64,000 nucleotides of DNA from Candidatus Gottesmanbacteria bacterium RIFCSPHIGHO2_01_FULL_40_15. GTDB taxonomy: Bacteria > Patescibacteriota > Microgenomatia > 2-02-FULL-39-11. The translations under genes and the position numbers were made by a program. The notes below the pieces were generated by a model. That model was given only the letters and a program-made list of their open reading frames with translations. It searched no databases and was not told the DNA's origin. Positions within the stretch are counted from its first letter, which is position 1; the number at the start of each line of letters is the position of its first letter. Below, piece after piece: positions 1 through 8,359 of this stretch. The stretch covers positions 22,491-86,490 of the forward strand of contig MFJF01000015.1 of NCBI GenBank assembly GCA_001779115.1, read 5' to 3'.

Positions 1-1389
1 GAAGCAATATATATCCGATGGGCGCAGATAGGTTTGAATGACCCGGCTCACCGTTTTATTTCCCTGACCGACGGCAAACAGCCGCTTTTTACCTGGCTAA
101 TGTATCCGTTTCTTAGTATTTTTACTGATCCGCTTTTTGCCGGCCGGTTTGTTTCGGTTCTTTCCTCGATGCTCGCCGTTTCCGGAATTTACTTCCTGGC
201 CAAAGAATTATTTAACCGCAAAACAGCAGTATTTGCCTGTATTTTATATCTGATTTCACCCTTCGCCCTGCTCTATGACAGGCTGGCCCTAATGGACAGC
301 CTACTCTCGGCGCTTTTGGTTTGGTGCTTATATTTTACGGTTATGCTCACCAGATACAGCCGTCTCTATTTCAGTTTTATGCTGGGAATAACCGCCGGAT
401 TTGGACTCCTTACAAAATCATCAGCCGCTTTCGGTCTTTATCTTTTGCCATTCTCGCTTCTTCTTTTTAATTTTAGCGAAAAAAATAACTTAAATAAATT
501 ATTAAAATGGGCAGTTTTTTCTTTTTTGAGTATAATAATTGCTCAAATTATATATAATTTATTGAGATTATCGCCATATTTTTACATTATAGAACAAAAA
601 AATTATTCTTTCATCATGACGTTTGATGAATTTATAAAATCACCTTTGAGGATTTTTCTGCCTAATCTGAACGGTTTGACCGGATGGCTTTTTTCCTATT
701 TAACAATTCCTGTCGCTGTAATTACCATCATAAATCTGATTATTTCCATAATTAAAGTAAAAAGAATTATATTTTTACTATTTCTCTGGTTTATAATTCC
801 CTTTCTTGCTTTAGCGTTTTTGGGTAAAGTAATTTTCCCTCGTTTTATCCTGTTTATGACGATGCCCTTATTGATAATTGCGGCTGATTTTCTAAGCCGG
901 TTTTATTCATTCGCCAGGATTCGCATGAAATACGCTTATATAGTTATTTTGCTGATTTTAGCCCAATCGTTTTATATTTCACTTGTATTGATAGTAAAAC
1001 CGGTAAATGCCGATATACCGCTTAATGACAGAAACCAGTTCTTTGATGATTGGCCGTCGGGATTCGGAGTCAGGCAGGTAGTCGATTATATCGAAAACGA
1101 ATCCCGAAAAGGAAAAGTGGTATTGGGAACGGAGGGTACGTTCGGCCTGAATCCGGCCGCGTATGAAATATATCTCAAGTCCAATGACAACATCATTATA
1201 AAAGGATATTGGCCTGTAAAATCAGTGCCCGCTGAACTGAAAAACTATGCCCGCCTTTATCCTACATATCTTGTCTTTAAAGATACACAGGAATTTCCCG
1301 GTAACTGGCCTTTAAAACTGGTTGCCCGATACCGGCGCGGTTTAAAAAACACTTATTTGTATTTCTATCAGGTGATTCCTGAAGATTAA
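1..1389 (+). CDS. PMT_2/ArnT-like GT-C membrane glycosyltransferase, 5'-truncated (sixth B-family paralog). The frame is open to the window start; the ORF track begins at TTG 34.
   Basis: No stop in frame from nt 1. Polytopic hydrophobic protein whose TM-core and C-terminal region are collinear with the paralogs at 25085, 27551, 29205, 32797 and 34404. The N-terminal DE-loop is presumably upstream. Confidence 0.55.
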   Translation, partial: EAIYIRWAQIGLNDPAHRFISLTDGKQPLFTWLMYPFLSIFTDPLFAGRFVSVLSSMLAVSGIYFLAKELFNRKTAVFACILYLISPFALLYDRLALMDSLLSALLVWCLYFTVMLTRYSRLYFSFMLGITAGFGLLTKSSAAFGLYLLPFSLLLFNFSEKNNLNKLLKWAVFSFLSIIIAQIIYNLLRLSPYFYIIEQKNYSFIMTFDEFIKSPLRIFLPNLNGLTGWLFSYLTIPVAVITIINLIISIIKVKRIIFLLFLWFIIPFLALAFLGKVIFPRFILFMTMPLLIIAADFLSRFYSFARIRMKYAYIVILLILAQSFYISLVLIVKPVNADIPLNDRNQFFDDWPSGFGVRQVVDYIENESRKGKVVLGTEGTFGLNPAAYEIYLKSNDNIIIKGYWPVKSVPAELKNYARLYPTYLVFKDTQEFPGNWPLKLVARYRRGLKNTYLYFYQVIPED

Positions 1390-3038
1390 TGCGAAAATTA
1401 CCAGGTTTATATTTTTTTTTAACTCTGATTTTCCTGCTGATTATTTCTTTAGTTTATTCATGGCCTTTTTTCAAGCCGGGTCTGATTGTAACGGACGATG
1501 GTATTTGGTCGGTTGTGCGTCTTGCGGAAATGGTCAGAGAGTTAAAAGATTTCCAGATTCCTCCGCGCTGGGCCGGATACCTTAACCATGGATACGGTTA
1601 TCCTCTTTTTTCCTTTGCTTATCCCTTGCCTTATTATTTGGGTGCGTTTTTGAAATTTACGGGATTGTCCTATGTTTCTGCCGTAAAATTTTTATTTATC
1701 GGCAGCACGTTCCTTTCAGTGTTTTTCATGTATCTGTTGGGATCGACCTTAACCGGTCCCGGCGGAGGATTAACGGCAGCTCTTTTTTATTTGATAGCTC
1801 CTTACCGGTTAACCGATCTTTATGTCCGGGGTTCTTTAGGAGAATCAATCAGTTTCCTTTTTTTTCCGCTGATTTTTTACCTGACGGTTAAAATATTTAA
1901 AGAAAGTCCCGGTTTTAAGCCTATTTTTCTCAGTCTGTCCCTTTCCGCTTTGATGCTTTGCCATAATGTCATGGCTGTCCTTTTCATCCCTGTTTGGCTT
2001 TTTTTTGTATTTTTTCTTAATTTTTCCCGCTTCGGAAGGAAAGAAAATGATAAAAAGACATCACCGGTCATTAAATTTCTACCGGTGCAGTTTTTAAAGA
2101 TTTTATTTCTGTCACTCTCTTTGGCGGCATTTTTTATTCTTCCGGCTCTGATGGAAAAAAAATTCCTTGTACTGGATAAAATTCAGCTGGCCGCCAAAAG
2201 CCTCAATTTCATTTCACTCATCAATTTAGTCACCCGGCCGCAAAATACGGTCTATCCCTTTTTCAATTTGGGAATTCCGCAACTGACGGTTGCCGGTCTT
2301 TCTGTATTAGCGCTTTTCAGGATGAAAAAGGATCTTGATCACCGGAGCTTTATGATCTCTGTCCTGATAATTTTAGCCGCCCTTATTTTTCTCACCAATA
2401 ATATAAGTTCATTTTTCTGGCAGCTTCCGATTCTCAATTCAATTGATTTTCCCTGGCGGGTTATGGGTTTGGTCATTTTCATGTTGGCTTTATTAACCTC
2501 ATTTATCGGTTCAAACAGGAATTTATTGGCATTTGGTCTCCTTCTTGCCGGTATCGGCTTTTTCCGGAATCTTTCCCTTATTAATCCTGCCGGATACACT
2601 AAACAAAATGATGAATATTACCTGACTAACGATGCCACCACAACATCCAAAGACGAATTTATGCCTATTTGGGTGACTGATCCCCCAGGAAAAAGATTTT
2701 CGGAAAAAGTCTCATTACCGGAAAACGCTCTCATTTCCGATCTCGTCTACAATTCCAAAACAGTAAAATTTAACCTGCTGTCCCGACAGCCGGGTCGCCT
2801 GATAATAAATACAATTTACTTTCCCGGGTGGCAGGCCACTTTAAACGGAAAAAATACCGCAATTATATACAATAATCCCCAGGGACTGATCTCCCTGGAT
2901 TATCCTTCCGGGGCTTCACGGATTGAAGCGTTTTTTAAGGAAACCCCGTTAAGAAAGACAGCCGACGTCATAAGTTTGCTGGCCCTTATTTATATAATTT
3001 TCTCAATTATGAAAAGAGTTTTTAAATATGTCAGGTAA
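1389..3038 (+). CDS. YfhO-like GT-C family polytopic membrane protein (A-family paralog A1)
   Basis: N-terminal periplasmic-loop motif TDDGIW...RLAE...PPRWAGYLNHGYGYPLFSFAYPLPYYLG. More than 10 predicted TM segments. C-terminal soluble domain with YFPGWQATLNGK, as seen at the C-termini of YfhO-family proteins. The TAATG junction overlaps the previous gene. Confidence 0.6.
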   Translation: MRKLPGLYFFLTLIFLLIISLVYSWPFFKPGLIVTDDGIWSVVRLAEMVRELKDFQIPPRWAGYLNHGYGYPLFSFAYPLPYYLGAFLKFTGLSYVSAVKFLFIGSTFLSVFFMYLLGSTLTGPGGGLTAALFYLIAPYRLTDLYVRGSLGESISFLFFPLIFYLTVKIFKESPGFKPIFLSLSLSALMLCHNVMAVLFIPVWLFFVFFLNFSRFGRKENDKKTSPVIKFLPVQFLKILFLSLSLAAFFILPALMEKKFLVLDKIQLAAKSLNFISLINLVTRPQNTVYPFFNLGIPQLTVAGLSVLALFRMKKDLDHRSFMISVLIILAALIFLTNNISSFFWQLPILNSIDFPWRVMGLVIFMLALLTSFIGSNRNLLAFGLLLAGIGFFRNLSLINPAGYTKQNDEYYLTNDATTTSKDEFMPIWVTDPPGKRFSEKVSLPENALISDLVYNSKTVKFNLLSRQPGRLIINTIYFPGWQATLNGKNTAIIYNNPQGLISLDYPSGASRIEAFFKETPLRKTADVISLLALIYIIFSIMKRVFKYVR

Positions 3039-4749
3039 ACCGGTATCCATTCTGATGCTGATTACGGTATTGGTACTATCCTATTTTTCCGTCCGTCCGG
3101 TATTTATTAAAGGTTACTTTCCCGTGCATGACGATACTCAGCCGGCCAGGGTTTTAGTCATGTCGGAGCAGTTAAGAAAAGGCATCTTTCCTGTGAGGTT
3201 GGTTGACCGCCTCGGCTATGGATACGGTTATCCCTTATTTAATTTTTACGCACCGCTCCCGTATTATTTGGGCTCTTTATTTCATCTGGCCGGATTCTCT
3301 CTTATTTTTTCCGTAAAACTGATGTTTGCTTTTGGAGTGATATTGGCGGCAGTATTTATGTATCTTTTGGCGGTTGAAATCGCCGGGTCCTTCTTTGCTG
3401 CCGCAGCTGCCGTCTTTTATTTGTACGCTCCATACCATGCCGTCAATGTCTATGTCAGAGGTGCGGTCGGAGAGTACTATGCTTATGCATTCCTGCCGTT
3501 ATTGGGACTTGGAATATTGCGCGTAATAAAATCATCTGCCGGAAAATCCGACCACCGTATCCGTCCGGTGTTGCCACTGATACTTGGACTGGCCGGAATA
3601 CTGTTAAGTCATAATATTTTTGGTCTGGTTACTCTATATCTTTTGATCATTTTGATTCTGTATGGACTGTATCGCCAATTAAGAAAAAAAGGAGGCTGTC
3701 ATCTGATGCAAATTCTCATGAATATGGCTTTAGGAATCGGACTGTCCGCTTTTTTTATCCTGCCTGCTTTTTTGGAAAGCCACTTTACCCGTGTTGCCGG
3801 TCTTTCGGCGGGATCAAACAGTTACGATCTGCATTTTATCTCCTTGTTTCAGTTATGGGATTCTCCCTGGGGTTTCGGCGGTTCTGTTCCGGGCTTAAAC
3901 GACGGCATGTCTTTTAAGATCGGAAAACTGCACCTTTTAATAGCGGTTTTAGGGCTCATCCGTTTTATCTTTCTTGGTCCAAAAAACCCAAAATCAGCTG
4001 CTAAAAAATTTCTGGTTCCGGCTTCACTTTTTCTTTTTCTCCTTTCTGTCTTTTTTATGCTTCCCGTATCCTCTTTTTTGTATCGTTTGTTGCCGTATAT
4101 GAACTTTATCCAGTATCCGTGGCGTTTTTTGAATATCTCTCTTTTTGCCCTCAGCCTGGGTATAGCTCCGCTGTTTTATAATATGAAAAATAAATTTCAG
4201 GCAATATCTGCCTTTTTAATCATCTTCTCTATACAAGGCGTAAACCTGAAATATTTTAATCCGAGAACAGTTCATCCGTTTGATGAAGCCGATTATAAAA
4301 ATCCTGTTAATCTGAAGTTTACAATTTCCAGAATTTCTGACGAGTATTTGCCTCCCGGTATAAACATTCCCCAAACTGCCCGTGATCTTCCCGGTTCATC
4401 TCTGCCGGCAACTCCGGAAATGCCCGTTTATGAATTGACCGGTACGACCGTTTTTAAAAAATTCATGGTTGATAAAAAGGAAACGGGTCCGGTTGTCACC
4501 AAAATGGCATATTTCCCCGGTTGGCAGGCAAAAATTGACTCAAGTGCGGTAAGGGTTGTAAATAGAGAGGGTTTGATTGCTCTTCATGTTCCCGCCGGAA
4601 AGCATATTCTTGAATTGGAATTCAAAAATACGCCGGTAAGATTTACCGGTAACGCGATTTCCATTTCAAGTATTGTTCTGTTACTATATTTACTGTTGGT
4701 GCTGCCGATTAAATATATTTTATGCAAAGAGCCAGATCCGTCGAGGTAG
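3028..4749 (+). CDS. YfhO-like GT-C family polytopic membrane protein (A-family paralog A2)
   Basis: HDDTQP...RLGYGYGYPLFNFYAPLPYYLG motif, many TM segments, C-terminal YFPGWQAKIDSS domain. Paralogous to 1389..3038 and 39192..40847. Confidence 0.6.
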   Translation: MSGKPVSILMLITVLVLSYFSVRPVFIKGYFPVHDDTQPARVLVMSEQLRKGIFPVRLVDRLGYGYGYPLFNFYAPLPYYLGSLFHLAGFSLIFSVKLMFAFGVILAAVFMYLLAVEIAGSFFAAAAAVFYLYAPYHAVNVYVRGAVGEYYAYAFLPLLGLGILRVIKSSAGKSDHRIRPVLPLILGLAGILLSHNIFGLVTLYLLIILILYGLYRQLRKKGGCHLMQILMNMALGIGLSAFFILPAFLESHFTRVAGLSAGSNSYDLHFISLFQLWDSPWGFGGSVPGLNDGMSFKIGKLHLLIAVLGLIRFIFLGPKNPKSAAKKFLVPASLFLFLLSVFFMLPVSSFLYRLLPYMNFIQYPWRFLNISLFALSLGIAPLFYNMKNKFQAISAFLIIFSIQGVNLKYFNPRTVHPFDEADYKNPVNLKFTISRISDEYLPPGINIPQTARDLPGSSLPATPEMPVYELTGTTVFKKFMVDKKETGPVVTKMAYFPGWQAKIDSSAVRVVNREGLIALHVPAGKHILELEFKNTPVRFTGNAISISSIVLLLYLLLVLPIKYILCKEPDPSR

Positions 4750-5459
4750 TTATTCCTATCTATAATGAACAGGAGGAGCTTGCTGACAGTATTATCAAGC
4801 TCCGTTCGTTTTTAAAAAAGAATTTGAAAGACTTCAATTGGCATATTACCATTGCCGATAACGCTTCAACTGACGAAAGCCTTAATATTGCCAGAAAACT
4901 AAAATCCCGTTATACCGGTGTCGGTTTTATTCATCTGGATGAAAAAGGCCGGGGCCGGGCTGTTAAAAAAGCCTGGCAAACAAGCAGGGCTGATTTCTTA
5001 TCTTATATGGACGTAGATCTGTCTTCAGACCTCAGGTATTTCCGGACATTAATTACTGCACTGGTTGACGGATATGATATATCGATAGGCAACCGGCTTA
5101 TGAAAGGATCAATCGTTAAAAAACGCCCTTTGAAAAGGGAAGTTCTTTCAAGGGGATATAATATTCTGATAAAATTACTGTTTTTGGTTCATTTCAGTGA
5201 TGCACAATGCGGTTTTAAAGCTGTCAACCGGAAAGTAGCCGACCGCTTATTGCCGAATATTAAGGATAATGCCTGGTTTTTTGACAGTGAGCTCCTGATT
5301 ACCGGTGAAAAGGTCGGCTATAAAATATTCCAGGTACCGGTTTCCTGGACCGATAATCCCGGATCAACCGTCCGGGTTTTAAAAACAGTTTCGGGTGATT
5401 TGGCCGGTCTTTTACGGTTATTCCTGGATCGGCCTTGGCGCAAAATAAATAAAGTTTAA
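4722..5459 (+). CDS. GT2 polyprenyl-phosphate sugar synthase (Dpm1/GtrB/ArnC-like)
   Basis: VVIPIYNEQEEL...ADNASTDES...YMDVDLSSDL (GT-A DxD region). Size about 245 aa. Overlaps the end of A2. Confidence 0.7.
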   Translation: MQRARSVEVVIPIYNEQEELADSIIKLRSFLKKNLKDFNWHITIADNASTDESLNIARKLKSRYTGVGFIHLDEKGRGRAVKKAWQTSRADFLSYMDVDLSSDLRYFRTLITALVDGYDISIGNRLMKGSIVKKRPLKREVLSRGYNILIKLLFLVHFSDAQCGFKAVNRKVADRLLPNIKDNAWFFDSELLITGEKVGYKIFQVPVSWTDNPGSTVRVLKTVSGDLAGLLRLFLDRPWRKINKV

Positions 5460-5461
5460 AC

Positions 5462-6481
5462 ATGAAAAATATTTTCATTACGGGAGGAGCCGGTTTCATC
5501 GGGTCAAACCTGGCTGCCCATTTTATTAAAAAAGGAAAAAAAGTAACTGTTTTTGATAACCTTTCAAGGCAGGGAGGAAAAGCCAATTTGGACTGGCTGT
5601 CTTCTTTGGGTCCTTTCAAATTCACAAGAGGAGATATCAGGAATAAATCTGAACTTGAAAAGGCGGTTAGGGGGGCTGATGCAATACTCCATCTGGCTGG
5701 TCAGGTTGCCGTAACCACATCAGTTGACGATCCTGCCACAGACTTTGACATTAATGCTTTGGGTACCTTTAATCTCCTTGAAGCTGTCAGAACTTCCGGA
5801 AAAAAAATTCCAGTCATATTTTCATCAACTAATAAAGTTTACGGCGGAATGGAGAATATCAAAGTCATAGAAAAAAATGGCCAGTATATATATAAAGACT
5901 ATAAGTTCGGAATCGCCGAAACTAAAAACCTTGATTTCCATTCACCCTACGGCTGTTCTAAGGGGGCGGCCGATCAGTATATGCGGGATTATTACCGCAT
6001 CTATGATATTCCGACAGTTGTTTTCCGTCAATCCTGCATTTACGGTCCGCGTCAATTCGGTATTGAAGACCAGGGTTGGGTAGCCTGGTTTATTATCGCT
6101 GCTTTTTCCGGAAAAAAAATAACTGTTTACGGCGATGGTAAACAGGTCAGGGATGTGCTTTTTATTGATGATCTGGTTGGGCTTTTTGATATTACACTCG
6201 CAAACATAAATAAATCCGCCGGTAAAATATATAACGTCGGAGGCGGATTTACTAATATACTTTCAGTTTGGACAAAGTTCGGACCTATTTTGGAGGATCT
6301 TTTCGGGCATAAAATAAGAGTGAGTTTCAGCCGGTGGCGGCCCGGTGATCAGAAAGTTTATATTAGTGATATTAGACAGGTTAAAAAAGAGCTCGGTTGG
6401 CAACCCAAAGTCGGAGTTAAAGAGGGTATATCAAAATTATTTAAGTGGGTGGGCAGTAATCAGAATCTGTTCAAATCTTGA
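5462..6481 (+). CDS. CDP-paratose/tyvelose 2-epimerase-like SDR (NAD-dependent sugar-nucleotide epimerase)
   Basis: TGGAGFIGSNL Rossmann motif. VFDNLSRQGGKANLDWL, STNKVYGG and HSPYGCSKGAADQYMRDY (YxxxK) closely resemble the RfbE/Tyv family. Confidence 0.7.
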   Translation: MKNIFITGGAGFIGSNLAAHFIKKGKKVTVFDNLSRQGGKANLDWLSSLGPFKFTRGDIRNKSELEKAVRGADAILHLAGQVAVTTSVDDPATDFDINALGTFNLLEAVRTSGKKIPVIFSSTNKVYGGMENIKVIEKNGQYIYKDYKFGIAETKNLDFHSPYGCSKGAADQYMRDYYRIYDIPTVVFRQSCIYGPRQFGIEDQGWVAWFIIAAFSGKKITVYGDGKQVRDVLFIDDLVGLFDITLANINKSAGKIYNVGGGFTNILSVWTKFGPILEDLFGHKIRVSFSRWRPGDQKVYISDIRQVKKELGWQPKVGVKEGISKLFKWVGSNQNLFKS

Positions 6482-6485
6482 AGAT

Positions 6486-7610
6486 ATGCCAAAATACAAC
6501 AACATTTTAGTCACCGGCGGAGCCGGTTTTATCGGTTCGCATTTGGTCGACGCTTTAATTACTAAAGGTTTTAAAGTCCGGGTTCTTGATAATCTCGATA
6601 AACAGATACACCCCTCTGGCAAGCTTCCTGCATACTTTAACAGGAAAGCTCAATTCATTAAAGGCGATGTAGTTAAAACTGAAGATTGGCGTAAAGCGTT
6701 AAACAAAATTGATTGTGTTTTTCATTTTGCTTCAGCTGTCGGCGTCGGCCAGAGTATGTATGAGATTGAAAAATACGTGCGCGTCAACTGTCTTGGGACG
6801 GCGCTTTTTCTTGACATGTTGGCCAATAAGAGTCACGGCGTTAGAAAAATTATTGTGGCCGCTTCCATGAGTTCTTACGGTGAAGGAAGCTACATTTGCA
6901 GTAAATGCGGTATTGTCAGACCGGATCTTCGTCCCCAATCTCAGCTGAAAAAAAGAGACTGGCAGGTATATTGTCCTGAATGTGGCATTTGGGTAACGCC
7001 TGTTCCGACAAAAGAAGAAGCCAAGCAGAATTCCAATTCTATTTATGCGATTACCAAAAAAAACCAGGAAGACATGATTCTGACAACCGGTAAAACTTAC
7101 GGTATTCCCTCTGTTGCCCTCCGTTTTTTTAATGTTTACGGTCCCAGACAATCACTTTCCAATCCCTATAACGGTGTGGCTGCCATATTCCTCAGCCGCA
7201 TCAAAAATAATAAACCGCCTGTAATAAATGAAGACGGTTTTCAGACCAGGGATTTTATCCATATTACTGATGTTGTTTCAGCCTGTATTGCCGCCATGGA
7301 AAAATCCTCAGGGGATTACGAAGTATTTAATGTAGGCAGCGGTAAACCTGTTACTATATTGGAAGTAGCCGGGGTTATAAGCAGATTATTAAAAAGTTCT
7401 ATTAAACCTGACATAACGGGTAAAGCAAGAAAACTTGATGTCCGTCATTGCTATGCCGATCTGAAAAAAATTAAAAAACTGCTCGGTTGGTCTCCCAAAA
7501 TTAAACTCTTGGAAGGATTTGCCGGACTGATTGAATGGGGTAAATATGAGAAAGCGCGGGATAAGGTGGATTATGCTCTTGGTGAATTGGAAAAAAGAGG
7601 ATTAAGATGA
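6486..7610 (+). CDS. NAD-dependent epimerase/dehydratase (SDR) with a Zn-ribbon insertion
   Basis: ILVTGGAGFIGSHLVD, and a catalytic Ser region (ASMSSYGEG) followed by a CSKCG...CPECG insertion before YAITK. Start taken at ATG 6486; the ORF track's TTG 6345 would overlap the upstream gene by 137 nt. Confidence 0.7.
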   Translation: MPKYNNILVTGGAGFIGSHLVDALITKGFKVRVLDNLDKQIHPSGKLPAYFNRKAQFIKGDVVKTEDWRKALNKIDCVFHFASAVGVGQSMYEIEKYVRVNCLGTALFLDMLANKSHGVRKIIVAASMSSYGEGSYICSKCGIVRPDLRPQSQLKKRDWQVYCPECGIWVTPVPTKEEAKQNSNSIYAITKKNQEDMILTTGKTYGIPSVALRFFNVYGPRQSLSNPYNGVAAIFLSRIKNNKPPVINEDGFQTRDFIHITDVVSACIAAMEKSSGDYEVFNVGSGKPVTILEVAGVISRLLKSSIKPDITGKARKLDVRHCYADLKKIKKLLGWSPKIKLLEGFAGLIEWGKYEKARDKVDYALGELEKRGLR

Positions 7611-8350
7611 CAGTTTCATTCATAATTCCCTTCCATAATGAAGGAAAAAACTGCCAACCGATGGTAGAACGTGTAGCGGCTTTTGCTGAAAAAAATGATA
7701 TTGATTATGAAATAATTCCGGTGGATGACAGAAGTAATGATAAAACACGGCAAATCCTTAAGAATTTATGCGCGAAAAACAGGCGAATAAAACCCGTTAT
7801 ACGAAAAGAGGACAGCGTGGAAAAGGGAAATACTATGGGCAGTGCCCTTATGGAAGGAACGGTAAAATCAATCGGCCGTTTTATAATTTGGACTATGGGC
7901 GATATGGCCGACAATACTGCAACTTATAAAGATATACTGGATAAACTTAACGGCAATTATGATATGGTTTTTGGTTCCCGTTATATGCCCGGCGGTTCAC
8001 GGGGTAATCTTGATCCTTTGAAAGCGACTTTAAGCTCAACAGGCACTTTCCTGGCCCGGATTCTGTTTGGAATTCCCGTTCATGATATAACTAATGCCTT
8101 CCGGGGTTTTAAAAAAGAAGTATTTCAGAAAGTAAGCCTGGAAGAGACCGGATTCGGCATTTCACCTGAATTTGCCATTAAAGCCCATATGGCCGGATTT
8201 AAGCTCGGGGAAGTTCCGACAACATACGCCAACAGGGTTGAAGGAATCTCCAATTTTAAACTATATAAAATGACCAGGGGATACCTTTTATTATACTTCA
8301 AACTCCTTCTAAAATACCGGCTTCACAAAAAAAAGCTGGTCCTTCACTGA
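7607..8350 (+). CDS. GT2 polyprenyl-phosphate sugar synthase (Dpm1/GtrB-like)
   Basis: SFIIPFHNEG...IPVDDRSNDKT and a C-terminal RVEGISNFK motif typical of Dpm1/GtrB enzymes. ATGA overlap with the upstream gene. Confidence 0.7.
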   Translation: MTVSFIIPFHNEGKNCQPMVERVAAFAEKNDIDYEIIPVDDRSNDKTRQILKNLCAKNRRIKPVIRKEDSVEKGNTMGSALMEGTVKSIGRFIIWTMGDMADNTATYKDILDKLNGNYDMVFGSRYMPGGSRGNLDPLKATLSSTGTFLARILFGIPVHDITNAFRGFKKEVFQKVSLEETGFGISPEFAIKAHMAGFKLGEVPTTYANRVEGISNFKLYKMTRGYLLLYFKLLLKYRLHKKKLVLH

Positions 8351-8359
8351 GATATTTGA

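Noticed and set aside
1877-2599. Short antisense ORFs such as 1877..2071(-) and 2339..2599(-), and the many similar 60-130-aa ORFs on the opposite strand of long genes
   Set aside because: They are fully embedded in long ORFs with coherent protein-family signals. They have low-complexity, basic translations typical of antisense frames, and no independent gene-like features.
6345-6485. ORF-track starts placed upstream (TTG/GTG or ATG) at 6345, 9882, 18209, 21587, 22642, 26733, 35983, 43771, 56179 and 49501(-)
   Set aside because: These starts create overlaps of 30-140 nt with the upstream gene. Internal ATGs (6486, 9983, 18245, 21593, 22672, 26766, 36025, 43851, 56251, 49471) give canonical N-termini such as MNILVTGGAGFIGS and short ATGA-type overlaps consistent with the rest of the locus.
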